From positions 1 to 39,824 of the forward strand of contig JAZNEM010000125.1 of NCBI GenBank assembly GCA_045588595.1: a stretch of DNA of 39,824 nt, written 5' to 3'. Every line of letters starts with the position of its first letter. Position 1 is the stretch's first letter. The position numbers and the translations under genes were made by a program. This stretch comes from Eubacteriales bacterium. Lineage in GTDB: Bacteria > Bacillota > Clostridia > Oscillospirales > CAG-272. Below are positions 19,240 through 29,523 of the stretch, one piece after another. The notes beneath the pieces were generated by a model. It worked only from the letters and a program-made list of their open reading frames with translations. It made no database searches and was not told the DNA's origin.

Positions 19240-20250
19240 ATGCGCATTGAATTAATTCCCGAAAACGGAAAATTTTACAAGGTAAATATGCATTCTCATA
19301 CAAATATTTCAGATGGTAAACAAACTCCTGAAGAAATGAAGAAATCTTTTAAGGATGCTGGTTATAGTGCCGTATGCTTTACCGATCATGAGGTGCTCAT
19401 AGATCACAAAGCGCTTTGTGATGAAGAGTTTGTTGCTCTCCACGGATACGAGGTAGCAATAAAGCGAGACCTTTACAAGCATACCGCGTTATTTCAACCC
19501 GTGTATCATTTTAATATGATAGCAAGATTTCAAGACAATCTGAAGATGCCCAAATTTTTCAAGGACAACCCTTCTTTCCCCGGTAACGCTCGTGCATGGG
19601 CAGAAAAATACGCCGTTTACGATGAAACGATAGATACGGTCAAGTATGATAAGGAATGGATAAACGAGTATCTTGCGGCAGTTAATGCTGGCGGATTTTT
19701 GATAAACTATAATCACCCGCAGTGGTCGCTTCAAACAAAAGACGATTACGTAGGTCTTGAAAATTTGCATTCCATGGAGATAATCAACGGCGGTTGTGCA
19801 TATCTTAACGACAATACTTCCATTCACTACGAGCAAATGGTAAGAAGCGGAGCAAAGGTATTTGTAACGGGCGGTGATGATAATCATTCCGAACGTGATA
19901 ACTTTAAAGCGTGGACGATGATAAAAGCGCCCGAGCTTACATACGACGCTCTTATCTCCGCTTATGAAAAAGGATATTGCTATGCTTCCGACGGTCCCGA
20001 AATATTGAGCTTGATACTTGAAGATAATAAAATAAAGGTAAAAACCTCTCCAGCTGTTTCAATAAGATTATTTTCACAAGGACGTCACTCTCAATTTGTT
20101 GCTTCTGATACAACAACTTATACCGAAGCAGAATTTAATTACGCGCCTGAAAAATTCGGAACATATTTCCGTATAGAAGTTCGCGACGAAAAAGGAAATC
20201 ACGCATATTCAAACGCTTATTTTATAGACGAAATAAAAAGCTTTAATTGA
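19240..20250 (+). CDS. PHP-domain metallohydrolase (CehA/McbA-like) with C-terminal beta-sandwich
   Basis: NMHSHTNISDG, FTDHE, GYE, NHPQWS, MEIING and GGDDNH motifs; C-terminus YFRIEVRDEKGNHAYSN. Confidence 0.8.
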   Translation: MRIELIPENGKFYKVNMHSHTNISDGKQTPEEMKKSFKDAGYSAVCFTDHEVLIDHKALCDEEFVALHGYEVAIKRDLYKHTALFQPVYHFNMIARFQDNLKMPKFFKDNPSFPGNARAWAEKYAVYDETIDTVKYDKEWINEYLAAVNAGGFLINYNHPQWSLQTKDDYVGLENLHSMEIINGGCAYLNDNTSIHYEQMVRSGAKVFVTGGDDNHSERDNFKAWTMIKAPELTYDALISAYEKGYCYASDGPEILSLILEDNKIKVKTSPAVSIRLFSQGRHSQFVASDTTTYTEAEFNYAPEKFGTYFRIEVRDEKGNHAYSNAYFIDEIKSFN

Positions 20251-20267
20251 TAAAACAGAGGTAAAGC

Positions 20268-20843
20268 ATGAGACTTCAAAATTTACCTGACGAATATAGT
20301 GAAATATTTCAAGTAAATCTTCAAAAAGATAAAAATAAAGCCCTTATTATAAATCTCATAGGACTAGTTATAATTCTTCTTTTGGCAATACCAATGCATT
20401 TTTACATACCGTTTCAAACACTTTTTGATATGTCAAGAGGATTGGGCATTTATTGCATTCGTTTTGGAGTTATGATATTGGCTTGGATAGCTTATATTAT
20501 TTTACACGAGATAGTTCATGGAATTGCTATGAAAATATGCGGAACCAAAAAAGTAAAATACGGATTTACGGGAATATATGCTTTCGCGGGTAGTGATGAC
20601 TATTATGGTAAAAGATCATATATTTTTATTGCTCTTGCCCCTGTCGTTTTTTGGGGAGTAGTGGTTGCTATCATAAATTTGTTTGTTCCATACGAATGGT
20701 TTTGGGTAGTTTACAGTGTTCAAATATTCAATATATCGGGAGCTGTGGGGGATTTTTATGTAACTGCAAAATTTTCACGAATGCCCAAGGATATTCTTAT
20801 AAAGGATATTGGTGTAGGAATGACCGTATATTCTTCAAAATAA
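20268..20843 (+). CDS. DUF3267-like putative membrane zinc metalloprotease
   Basis: HExxH (LHEIVHG) next to a TM helix; IALAP and NISGAVGD motifs. Confidence 0.78.
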   Translation: MRLQNLPDEYSEIFQVNLQKDKNKALIINLIGLVIILLLAIPMHFYIPFQTLFDMSRGLGIYCIRFGVMILAWIAYIILHEIVHGIAMKICGTKKVKYGFTGIYAFAGSDDYYGKRSYIFIALAPVVFWGVVVAIINLFVPYEWFWVVYSVQIFNISGAVGDFYVTAKFSRMPKDILIKDIGVGMTVYSSK

Positions 20844-20886
20844 AAAAATATCTCTTCATTTTGTAAAAATGAAGAGATATTTTTTT
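20842..20886. terminator. Bidirectional terminator between the DUF3267-like gene and polC
   Basis: 21-bp perfect inverted repeat AAAAAAATATCTCTTCATTTT-GTA-AAAATGAAGAGATATTTTTTT. Confidence 0.85.
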
Positions 20887-23800
20887 AAAATAGAGTTAAT
20901 TGGTCTGTTTCATTCAAGCTATCAAGAACGCTGTTTTTACGAAGTATCTCAATAACGCTTTTCGTAAGCTTTGCGCGGATACGCAGGTCCTCGATCGAGA
21001 AGAACGGTTCTTCGTTTCTTGCCGCGATTATATTCAAAGCCGCGTTTTCACCAAGTCCTGGGAGAGCCGAGAAAGGCATTCTTATCGCTCCGTTTTCGGG
21101 CAAAAATGCGTATGCGTCTGATTTTTCGATATGTACGGGTAAAAACTTTATTTTTCTTGCCATACATTCATTCGCAAGCTGAAGCGTGGGAATAGAGCTT
21201 TGCTCCTTGGGAGAAGCTTCTTTTCCTCGTTTTTCTATGTCCTTTATAGTCGAAGTAACATGTGCGCGTCCTTTTATAACTATCTCGGCATCAAATCCGC
21301 CGGGAGCTACCGTGAACATGGCGCAATAGAATGCTATCGGAATATGTACCTTATACCAGCCAAGACGTATAGCGGACATAACGTATGCCGCCGCATGAGC
21401 CTTAGGGAACATGTATTTTATCTTTTTGCAAGAACCGATATACCATTCGGGAACGTTATGCTCGCGCATATTCTCTTCCCATTCAGGTGTAAGTCCCTTT
21501 CCCTTTCGCACCGATTCCATTATCTTAAAGGAAAGCGCGTTTTCTACACCGTAACGGATAAGGTCATTCATAATATTATCACGACATCCGATAACCTTGG
21601 AAATATCGCATATTCCCGATTTTATAAGCTCGTCCGCGTTTCCGAGCCAAACTCCCGTACCGTGAGTAAGTCCCGATATCTGCAAAAGGTCGGCAAAGTT
21701 TTTCGGCTTTGCGTCAACGAGAACCTGCTGGAGAAATCTCGTACCAAATTCGGGAAGTCCGAAAGTACCTATCGGCGCATCGATGTCGTCGGGAGATACT
21801 CCGAGAGGCTTGGTGTTTAGGAAAAGCTCGTAAACGTCACGGTCGTTCATAGGAACGTCCATAACGCTCGTATCCGAAAACTTTTCAAGCCACTTATATT
21901 TGGTCGGAATATCGTGTCCGAGCTCGTCAAGCTTAAGTATCGTATCGTGCAGATACGAAAAAGCAAAGTGAGTGGTAACTATATCGGAATTCGGGTCGTC
22001 TGCGGGATGCTGTACGGGGGTAAAATCGTAGACCTCATATTCACGCGGAACAACTATAATTCCACCTGGGTGCTGGCCTGTGGTTCGTTTAACTCCGACA
22101 CAGTTTTGAATTATACGGTCTATTTCCGCACGTCCTACACTAACGCCTTTGGATTCGAAGTATTTTGCTACAAATCCGAAAGCAGTTTTGTCCGCGAGCG
22201 TTCCGAGCGTTCCCGCACGGAAAACGTTTTCAGAACCGAAAAGCTCCTCTGTATATTTGTGTACGCGTCCTTGAACGTCACCCGAGAAGTTAAGGTCTAT
22301 ATCGGGGGATTTATCTCCGTAGAAACCAAGAAAAGTCTCAAAAGGTATATCGTGACCGTCCGCTTTTAGCTTATGTCCGCATTTAGGACAGTTGGCATCA
22401 GGCAAGTCGAACCCCGAACCTACACTTCCGTCAGTAAAGAATTGAGAATATTGGCACTCAGGACAATAATAGTGCGGGGGCAAGGGATTTACTTCCGATA
22501 TTCCCGCCATCGTAGCTACGAAAGACGAACCGACCGAACCTCGCGAGCCAACGAGATATCCTTGGCTTTCACTATACCACACAAGCCTTTGCGCTATCAT
22601 ATAAAGCACGGCAAAGCCGTTTTTAATAATAGAGGTAAGCTCTTTTTCAAGACGGTTAGCCACAAGTTCGGGTACGGGATCACCATACATTGATTTAGCG
22701 CGTGTCCAACATTTTTCTTGGAGCTCTTCTTCCGCGCCCTCCATGTTAGGCGTATAAGAGCCCTTGGGAATAGGGCGAACGCTTTCTATCATATCGTTGA
22801 TCATGTTGGTGTTTTCAACGACGACTTCGTAAGCCTTTTCTTCTCCGAGATATGAAAATTCATCAAGCATTTCCTGCGTTGTACGATAATACAAATGAAT
22901 ATCTCTGTCGGCATCATCGAATTTCATTCCCGCCAGCAGTATCTTACGATATATTTCATCCTCTTCGTTCAAAAAATGCGCATCACAGGTTGCAACAACG
23001 GGCTTGTTGTATTTTTCTCCGAGAGCAACTATCTTTCGATTGAGTTCGCGTAAACCTTCGTCGTCTGCAACGTCTCCTCTGGCAACGAGAAAGCGGTTGT
23101 TGCATATAGGTTGAATTTCAAGATAGTCGTAGAAATTTACGATATCTTCGATCTCTTTTTCAGACTTGCCGTCAAGGATAGCCTTGAAAAGTTCTCCCGC
23201 TTCACAAGCAGAGCCAATGATAAGTCCCTCTCTATGTTTTTCAAGCTCGGTTTTAGGTATTCTTGGAGTTTTTCTGTGGTTGTACTCCAAGTAACTTGTC
23301 GATATAAGCTTGTATAGATTTTTAAGACCCGTTTGATTTTTAACCAAAATTATCTGATGAAAAGGCTTTAATTTTTTTGGGTCGGTCTTTTCACTCATTT
23401 CTTTTTCGAGGTCTTCAAAATCCTTTACGTCCGATTCCCCAAGCTGCTTTAGCATACAGAAGAATATTCTTGCAAGTATTTCGGCATCGTCGCACGCACG
23501 GTGATGGTGGAAATCTCCAAGTTCATAATGCTTTGCAAGATGGTCAAGTTTGTGTCCCTTCAAGTCGGGATTTAAGTATCTTGAAAGAGCAAGTGTATCA
23601 AGATACGCATTTGTAAAAGGAATATCAAGTGCTTTAGCTGCAACTCGGATAAAGCTCGTATCAAAATCAGCATTGTGAGCGATAAGCATACGGTCACCGA
23701 CAAAATCAAGAAATTCGGGAAGAACGTCTTTTATAGTACGCGCCTCCGCTACCATTTCGTTTGTAATAGATGTCAATTGAACTATCTCGTCGGGTATAGG

Positions 23801-25291
23801 ACATTCGGGATTAACGAACGTATTATAGCTTTCAATGACCTCTCCGCCCTTTATTTTAACAGCACCTATTTCGGTTATTTTGCAGGATACGGGAGAAAGT
23901 CCTGTTGTCTCTATATCAAATACAATGAATTCATCAGAAAAGCTACCCGTATAATTTCCATATACAGCACTTGCAGTATCATTTACAAAATATGCTTCCA
24001 TACCGTAAATGACCTTCATATCACATTTTTCCGATGCTATCATAGCCTCGGGAAATCCTTGAACGTTTCCGTGGTCGGTGATAGCTACTGCGGGATGTCC
24101 CCACTTTTTAGCCATTTTTACCGCAACGTCGGGAGGTATCAAGGCATCCATTGCCGACATATTGGTATGCAAATGAAGTTCAACTCGCTTCTTTTCTGCG
24201 GTATCAACACGTTCTTTCTTTGAAATAACGGCAATGTCTGAATAGCTCATATAAAGCTCTGTTTCGTCGTTTCGCTCACCCTTGGTATATCCACGGATAG
24301 CGACACACATTCCGCTCTTTATCGCTCCCGAAAGCTCACTCGCTTCCTCGGGAAGCATTGAATAGCTTTTTACGTATATAGATGCATTTCCGTCGTAAAG
24401 ACCGAATGTAACGTTTATTTTATCACCCGTTCTGTTAGCCTCACTCGTGAATGAGAATATCTCTCCGATGAAGGTAATGTTACGCATAGGACGAGTTACG
24501 GAAGATATAGGAATAGGCTTTATATCGAACTCAACGCCTATAACGAATTGAGGTGCGGAAATATCAAAGGTGATGTTCCCTATCTTTATAGTTCCGTTAT
24601 CTCCGTAATCAACGACTGCATTAGTATCATAAACAGAAGAAATACGCGGAAGCTTAACTTCGTTCGACGAAGCTTCCTGTTGCTTTTGCGGGATAGGCGA
24701 ATCTGCATGTCGTGAAATAGCTGCCGAATAATCCTTTTCAGCGGCGATTATTTGTCTGTCAAGCTCCTCAAGTCTATGTATCATTGATTCTGAATATCCC
24801 GTGAATTTTGAATCATCATGATGCAACGCAACGTGAATATTCAAATTAAACTCACTTTGAATTATCTTTTCTATTACAGACGGGGTAGACGCATCCTCAA
24901 GAAGCATAACTCCGTTTTTAGAAAAAGGTATATGTATGTCAAGAGTCGATCCGTTTAATTCATAAGTGTAATCCGCAAAAAAACCTTTTGCAACAATTCC
25001 TACACGCTCTGATTCAAGTAATATCTCGGGAACGTAAGAATAGGAAAAAAGCTCTGACGGGTAGTGAGGCAATATTTTAAAGCTATTAAGCTTATAAACT
25101 TCGGAAACTTGAGCTTCAAGGCGATAAAGCGTATTTTTTGAAATAAGCCTTGAGAATGCGGCGGTAACCTCTAAGAAACGTTTCTCCTTATCTATTCTTG
25201 AGCGAATAACTATACCGTCATCAAGTATGTCTTCAAATTCGGAAGGCGCTAAATATTTATTTAATAATTCTTTTAATTTTTTGTCTGCCAT
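20885..25291 (-). CDS. polC: DNA polymerase III alpha, PolC type
   Basis: PHP domain (RVELHLHTNMS, AITDHG), inserted DEDDh exonuclease (VFDIETTG, AHNADFD, HHRACDDA), GSRGSVGSS, Zn finger, PDIDLNFSG and KYMFPKAHA. Confidence 0.98.
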   Translation of the reverse strand: MADKKLKELLNKYLAPSEFEDILDDGIVIRSRIDKEKRFLEVTAAFSRLISKNTLYRLEAQVSEVYKLNSFKILPHYPSELFSYSYVPEILLESERVGIVAKGFFADYTYELNGSTLDIHIPFSKNGVMLLEDASTPSVIEKIIQSEFNLNIHVALHHDDSKFTGYSESMIHRLEELDRQIIAAEKDYSAAISRHADSPIPQKQQEASSNEVKLPRISSVYDTNAVVDYGDNGTIKIGNITFDISAPQFVIGVEFDIKPIPISSVTRPMRNITFIGEIFSFTSEANRTGDKINVTFGLYDGNASIYVKSYSMLPEEASELSGAIKSGMCVAIRGYTKGERNDETELYMSYSDIAVISKKERVDTAEKKRVELHLHTNMSAMDALIPPDVAVKMAKKWGHPAVAITDHGNVQGFPEAMIASEKCDMKVIYGMEAYFVNDTASAVYGNYTGSFSDEFIVFDIETTGLSPVSCKITEIGAVKIKGGEVIESYNTFVNPECPIPDEIVQLTSITNEMVAEARTIKDVLPEFLDFVGDRMLIAHNADFDTSFIRVAAKALDIPFTNAYLDTLALSRYLNPDLKGHKLDHLAKHYELGDFHHHRACDDAEILARIFFCMLKQLGESDVKDFEDLEKEMSEKTDPKKLKPFHQIILVKNQTGLKNLYKLISTSYLEYNHRKTPRIPKTELEKHREGLIIGSACEAGELFKAILDGKSEKEIEDIVNFYDYLEIQPICNNRFLVARGDVADDEGLRELNRKIVALGEKYNKPVVATCDAHFLNEEDEIYRKILLAGMKFDDADRDIHLYYRTTQEMLDEFSYLGEEKAYEVVVENTNMINDMIESVRPIPKGSYTPNMEGAEEELQEKCWTRAKSMYGDPVPELVANRLEKELTSIIKNGFAVLYMIAQRLVWYSESQGYLVGSRGSVGSSFVATMAGISEVNPLPPHYYCPECQYSQFFTDGSVGSGFDLPDANCPKCGHKLKADGHDIPFETFLGFYGDKSPDIDLNFSGDVQGRVHKYTEELFGSENVFRAGTLGTLADKTAFGFVAKYFESKGVSVGRAEIDRIIQNCVGVKRTTGQHPGGIIVVPREYEVYDFTPVQHPADDPNSDIVTTHFAFSYLHDTILKLDELGHDIPTKYKWLEKFSDTSVMDVPMNDRDVYELFLNTKPLGVSPDDIDAPIGTFGLPEFGTRFLQQVLVDAKPKNFADLLQISGLTHGTGVWLGNADELIKSGICDISKVIGCRDNIMNDLIRYGVENALSFKIMESVRKGKGLTPEWEENMREHNVPEWYIGSCKKIKYMFPKAHAAAYVMSAIRLGWYKVHIPIAFYCAMFTVAPGGFDAEIVIKGRAHVTSTIKDIEKRGKEASPKEQSSIPTLQLANECMARKIKFLPVHIEKSDAYAFLPENGAIRMPFSALPGLGENAALNIIAARNEEPFFSIEDLRIRAKLTKSVIEILRKNSVLDSLNETDQLTLF

Positions 25292-25316
25292 TTTATTCTC
25301 CTTCCGTTCTTTTTGA

Positions 25317-26402
25317 TTATTGATTTGACATGTTTTTTATTTGCTCTATAAGGGTAGAAACGATATCTTCCTCGGAGATCTTACCAACTATCTCGCCTTT
25401 ACGGATAAGAACAGCCTCTCCTTTTCCGCCCGCGATTCCAATATCGGCTTCACGAGCTTCCCCAGGTCCGTTTACAACGCACCCCATAATAGCAACTTTT
25501 AGCGGAATGTCCATGATTCCCTCTCTTTTTGCATGTTCTTCAAATTCACGCACGAGTGATATCAGATCTATCTTTGTTCTTCCGCAAGTAGGACAGCTTA
25601 CAATGTCAAGACCACTTCGTCCTTCCATTCCGACCGCACGGAATATCTTCTTTGCGGCATCTATCTCTTCTTCGGGCTTGTCCGTCAGAGATACTCTTAT
25701 AGTATCTCCTATGCCGTCACACAAAAGTGAGCCTATTCCGACTGCACTCTTTATTGAACCCATATCAACGCTTCCTGCTTCCGTAACACCGAGATGAAGC
25801 GGATAATCGCATTTTTGCGCAAGCAGACGATTAGCTCTTATCATATTGTATGGATTTGATGCCTTTATTGAAATAACGGTGTTATAAAAGTTGAATTTTT
25901 CAAGTAATGATACGTGATAAAGGGCGCTTTCGCAAAGTGCTTCGGGTGTAGGTGCGCCATAGCGCGCTAATATTTCTTTCTCAAGTGAACCGCTGTTTAC
26001 GCCTATTCGAATAGGTATGTTTTTTTGATTGCAGATATCACAAACGGCCTTTACGTTTTCCTCACAACCGATATTTCCTGGATTTATTCTTATCTTGTCT
26101 ACACCAAGCTCTGCGCATCGCAAAGCTACTCGATAATCAAAATGAATATCTGCAACTATTGGAATAACAACACCGTTTTCTTTCAAAAAAGGTATTGTTT
26201 CGGCAGCAGAAAGGTCAGGAACGGTAATGCGGATTATCTCACAGCCTAATTTTTCAAGTCTTTTTATTTGAGCAAGGGTAGCGTCTTTATCGTGCGTATC
26301 AGTATTAGTCATAGACTGTATGGCTACTGGATTGTTTGCTCCTATCGCTATGTTTCCGATCTTTACTTCCCTTGTTTTTCTTCTTATCTCATTATAATTC
26401 AT
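25317..26402 (-). CDS. ispG: (E)-4-hydroxy-3-methylbut-2-enyl diphosphate synthase
   Basis: IQSMTNT, VADIHFD, RINPGNIG, LHLGVTEAG, SCPTCGR, MGCVVNGPGEA. Confidence 0.97.
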   Translation of the reverse strand: MNYNEIRRKTREVKIGNIAIGANNPVAIQSMTNTDTHDKDATLAQIKRLEKLGCEIIRITVPDLSAAETIPFLKENGVVIPIVADIHFDYRVALRCAELGVDKIRINPGNIGCEENVKAVCDICNQKNIPIRIGVNSGSLEKEILARYGAPTPEALCESALYHVSLLEKFNFYNTVISIKASNPYNMIRANRLLAQKCDYPLHLGVTEAGSVDMGSIKSAVGIGSLLCDGIGDTIRVSLTDKPEEEIDAAKKIFRAVGMEGRSGLDIVSCPTCGRTKIDLISLVREFEEHAKREGIMDIPLKVAIMGCVVNGPGEAREADIGIAGGKGEAVLIRKGEIVGKISEEDIVSTLIEQIKNMSNQ

Positions 26403-26406
26403 ATTT

Positions 26407-27438
26407 TTACCTAAATATCAGTTTCAGAATATCCTTGCAGGTAATGAATATCATAAATGCAAATAATATAACTATGCCTGCAAAATTAATATAAGATTCA
26501 ACGTTTTTGTTTATAGGCTTGCGACGTATTGCTTCGATTATCAAGAAAAGGAAACGTCCGCCGTCAAGTGCCGGAAAAGGTAACATATTGAAGACGCCAA
26601 GATTTATAGTGAGTACGGCAACTATATATATTAGATTACCAAATCCCATTTTTGCGGCGTCTCCCACCACCTCAACTACTCCTACAGGACCAGATACGGC
26701 TTCTATTCCGAATCGTCCCGAAATCAGTCCGAACAGCGAATCGTACACCATCTTTACCGTTGATACCGATCTGAAAAACGTATGCTTTACAAGCGTACCG
26801 AAGTTTTTGTTTTCGGCTTTTACTTTAAAATCGTAAGAGCCAAAAGTTGCTCCGCTTTCACTGAAAGTGCCGAATTGGACCCCTTTAAGAACTAATTTTT
26901 CTTCATTGCGAATAACGGTAAGGTCGATAGGCTCGTAACCCTTATTCATTACCTCGTAAACAAGTTCCTCGCCCGTATGAACGCGAGCGTTCCCGACCTT
27001 TATGACTTCGTCTCCTAACTGTAATTGCTGCTGGGATATAGCATTTTCATCAAATGCGGCTATCACGTTTGACGGAAGCGCATCCTGTGAAAAAACAATA
27101 ATTGCCATAAGTATAAATCCAAGCAAAAGATTCATGACCGCACCGGCAACGACGATAAGCATTCGTTGAGGTATCTTCTTGTTACAAAAAGCGTTGGTAT
27201 CATCGGATTCTTCGTCCTCACCGACCATACTGACAAATCCGCCTATGGGCAAAAGACGAAGTCCGTATTTTGTTTCGTACTTTTTTGATCTCCACGAGAA
27301 GAGCGTAGGACCCATTCCGATAGCAAATTCTTTTACAGAAACACCGCAGATCCTCGCGGTAATGAAATGTCCGAATTCATGTATGAATATCATGACTCCA
27401 AAAACAAGGAGCATGAGCAGAATATATAATATCCACAT
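26407..27438 (-). CDS. rseP: Site-2 (M50) RIP metalloprotease RseP/RasP
   Basis: IHEFGH, LPIGGFV, AGAVMN, PDZ-like middle region, NMLPFPALDGG. Confidence 0.93.
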   Translation of the reverse strand: MWILYILLMLLVFGVMIFIHEFGHFITARICGVSVKEFAIGMGPTLFSWRSKKYETKYGLRLLPIGGFVSMVGEDEESDDTNAFCNKKIPQRMLIVVAGAVMNLLLGFILMAIIVFSQDALPSNVIAAFDENAISQQQLQLGDEVIKVGNARVHTGEELVYEVMNKGYEPIDLTVIRNEEKLVLKGVQFGTFSESGATFGSYDFKVKAENKNFGTLVKHTFFRSVSTVKMVYDSLFGLISGRFGIEAVSGPVGVVEVVGDAAKMGFGNLIYIVAVLTINLGVFNMLPFPALDGGRFLFLIIEAIRRKPINKNVESYINFAGIVILFAFMIFITCKDILKLIFR

Positions 27439-27485
27439 AACCGTATCTCCTTAAGATTTATTAACACGGCTGTCAATGGTAAGGC

Positions 27486-28646
27486 TTATACAGAAATATA
27501 GTTTATAGCCTTTTCCCTTGCTTCACGGTCGCAATTTAAAATTTCCTCAAGAGTATGCGCGTTTGATGCATAGCTCATATCATCAACTACACGGCATACA
27601 CCTTCTGTTATCTTGTAAAACGGTATTTTACCGTTAAGAAATGCTTTTACCGCTACTTCATTTGCCGCGTTCAAAACGGCAGGTAAAGCACCGCCCTTTT
27701 CAATACAAACAAAAGCGTATTTGAGAAGAGCAAAAGTTTCCATATCGGGACGCGCAAAGCTAAGATTTGAGAGCGTATAAAAATCAAGTTCATTTATAGC
27801 TGCCGTTGTCCTTTGCGGATACGTTATAGCATATTGAGCGCAGAGTCTCATATCGGGTACGGATAACTGCGCGATAATACTATTATCAATATATTCCACC
27901 ATAGAATGAATTATACTTTCACGATGTACAACAACGTTTATCTTCGATGGGGCAACGCCAAAAAGATGTGCCGCCTCGATAACTTCAAAGCCTTTGTTCA
28001 TAAGCGTTGCGGAATCTATAGTGATCTTTGCGCCCATTTTCCAAGTTGGGTGGGCAAGAGCTTCCTCGCGCGTAATACTGCGAAAACGGTCTTTTGAACA
28101 ATCGAAAAAAGGTCCGCCCGAGGCCGTAAGCCACAGCCTTTTTACTTCTTCATTCTTCCCTGCTTTAAGACATTGGAAAATAGCGCAATGCTCACTGTCG
28201 ACGGGAAGAATCTCAACACCTTTTTCTTTTGCTTTTGCGGTAACGATATCTCCCGCAACAACAAGCGATTCCTTGTTCGCCAGTGCCAACCTCGCACCTG
28301 AATCTATAGCAGAGAGAGTCGGCAAAAGTCCCGCTTCGCCGAGAATTGAATTGAGGACCACGTCTCTTTTTTCGGAGCGTATCATCTCGCAAATGCCGTC
28401 AGCTCCAGAATATATTTTTATATTAGTATCAGAAAGTCGAGTTTTTAATTCAAGCGCGGCTTTTTCGTCTGCCATAGCAACCGCTTTTACGTTGAACTTT
28501 CGTGCTTGCTCCTCAGCGCGCTTATAATTTGAATTTGCACTTATAGCACTTACGTTTAATGAGAATTTATCAGCGACATCAAGCGCCTGCTCTCCTACTG
28601 AGCCTGTAGAACCGAGCACAGCTATATTCTTTTTTAATTCTTTCAT
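27486..28646 (-). CDS. dxr: 1-deoxy-D-xylulose-5-phosphate reductoisomerase
   Basis: LGSTGSVG, LANKESLV, PVDSEH, LTASGGPF, HPTWKMGAKITIDSATLMNKG. Start moved to ATG 28646 (AAGGA upstream). Confidence 0.97.
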   Translation of the reverse strand: MKELKKNIAVLGSTGSVGEQALDVADKFSLNVSAISANSNYKRAEEQARKFNVKAVAMADEKAALELKTRLSDTNIKIYSGADGICEMIRSEKRDVVLNSILGEAGLLPTLSAIDSGARLALANKESLVVAGDIVTAKAKEKGVEILPVDSEHCAIFQCLKAGKNEEVKRLWLTASGGPFFDCSKDRFRSITREEALAHPTWKMGAKITIDSATLMNKGFEVIEAAHLFGVAPSKINVVVHRESIIHSMVEYIDNSIIAQLSVPDMRLCAQYAITYPQRTTAAINELDFYTLSNLSFARPDMETFALLKYAFVCIEKGGALPAVLNAANEVAVKAFLNGKIPFYKITEGVCRVVDDMSYASNAHTLEEILNCDREAREKAINYISV

Positions 28647-28681
28647 TGTTTTTCCTTTGAGAGAGTGTATGTAACGTTGTT

Positions 28682-29521
28682 TTACATTAACTGTATTCCC
28701 GTAAGCCTTACGAAAACACAGATACAAGCAAGCCCTATTGAAACTGCAAGTATGGAGTCGAATCTGTCAAGCATACCGCCGTGACCCGGAAAGATCTTTC
28801 CATAGTCTTTTATTTTATAGTGACGCTTTATTACAGACATAATAAGGTCGCCTATTTGAGAGATGACCGAGATTAAAATTCCGCTTATTCCAAGCATTAT
28901 AAGATTTACTTCTCTGTTGAAAAAATGTCCTACTATTATGCCGAAAATAACGTAGCAAAGCGAACAGAAAAATATTCCGCCAATACTTCCTTCGATAGTC
29001 TTTTTAGGGCTTACGTCCTCAATAAGCTTATGCTTTCCGAAAAAGAACCCTGTAAAATATGCAAAAATATCGGTTATCCAAGCACCTATAAATATAAGCA
29101 AATAAAGGTATTTTCCGCTCTCATCAAAATCACGTATATAAACAATAGAATTAAAAGCAATAAGTATGTACGTTTCAACGGCATAAAATGCAAGAGTTTC
29201 ATTAAACGTTGATTTGCCATGAGAGGTAATGATAACTATAAACAAATATAAAAGATATATTATAGCAAAAACAAACGATACCATTGCAAATTGAATGAAA
29301 TCAAATACATATCGAATAAGAAAAGGCGCTGTGATAGCAAATATGTATATCGGTATTGTTATATAGAGTTTTTTGCCGATCCCCATACACTTTGCCATTT
29401 CATATGTGCTTATAAGAGTAATGGCAGCAATTCCTATTGAAAAAAAGAACGTATCGGAAAAAATAAGAAAAGGTAAAAGTATGATAACAGCAACTATGCT
29501 TGTAATAATACGTTTTAACAT
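28682..29521 (-). CDS. cdsA: Phosphatidate cytidylyltransferase
   Basis: Multi-TM; WITDIFAYF, VSPKKTIEG, GDLIMSVIKR, PGHGGMLDRFDS. Confidence 0.96.
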   Translation of the reverse strand: MLKRIITSIVAVIILLPFLIFSDTFFFSIGIAAITLISTYEMAKCMGIGKKLYITIPIYIFAITAPFLIRYVFDFIQFAMVSFVFAIIYLLYLFIVIITSHGKSTFNETLAFYAVETYILIAFNSIVYIRDFDESGKYLYLLIFIGAWITDIFAYFTGFFFGKHKLIEDVSPKKTIEGSIGGIFFCSLCYVIFGIIVGHFFNREVNLIMLGISGILISVISQIGDLIMSVIKRHYKIKDYGKIFPGHGGMLDRFDSILAVSIGLACICVFVRLTGIQLM

Positions 29522-29523
29522 GA

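Noticed and set aside
20900-24223. Plus-strand ORFs within polC, and a possible intein or insertion in PolC
   Set aside because: These are antisense shadows. PolC length (1468 aa) and domain order are ordinary, and I saw no intein splice or LAGLIDADG motifs.
28647-28727. Extended N-terminus of dxr, and similar short extensions of uppS, clpP, rnhB, rbgA and the ECF gene
   Set aside because: Downstream ATGs have proper SD sequences and match where family similarity begins; the longer starts are ORF-caller artefacts.
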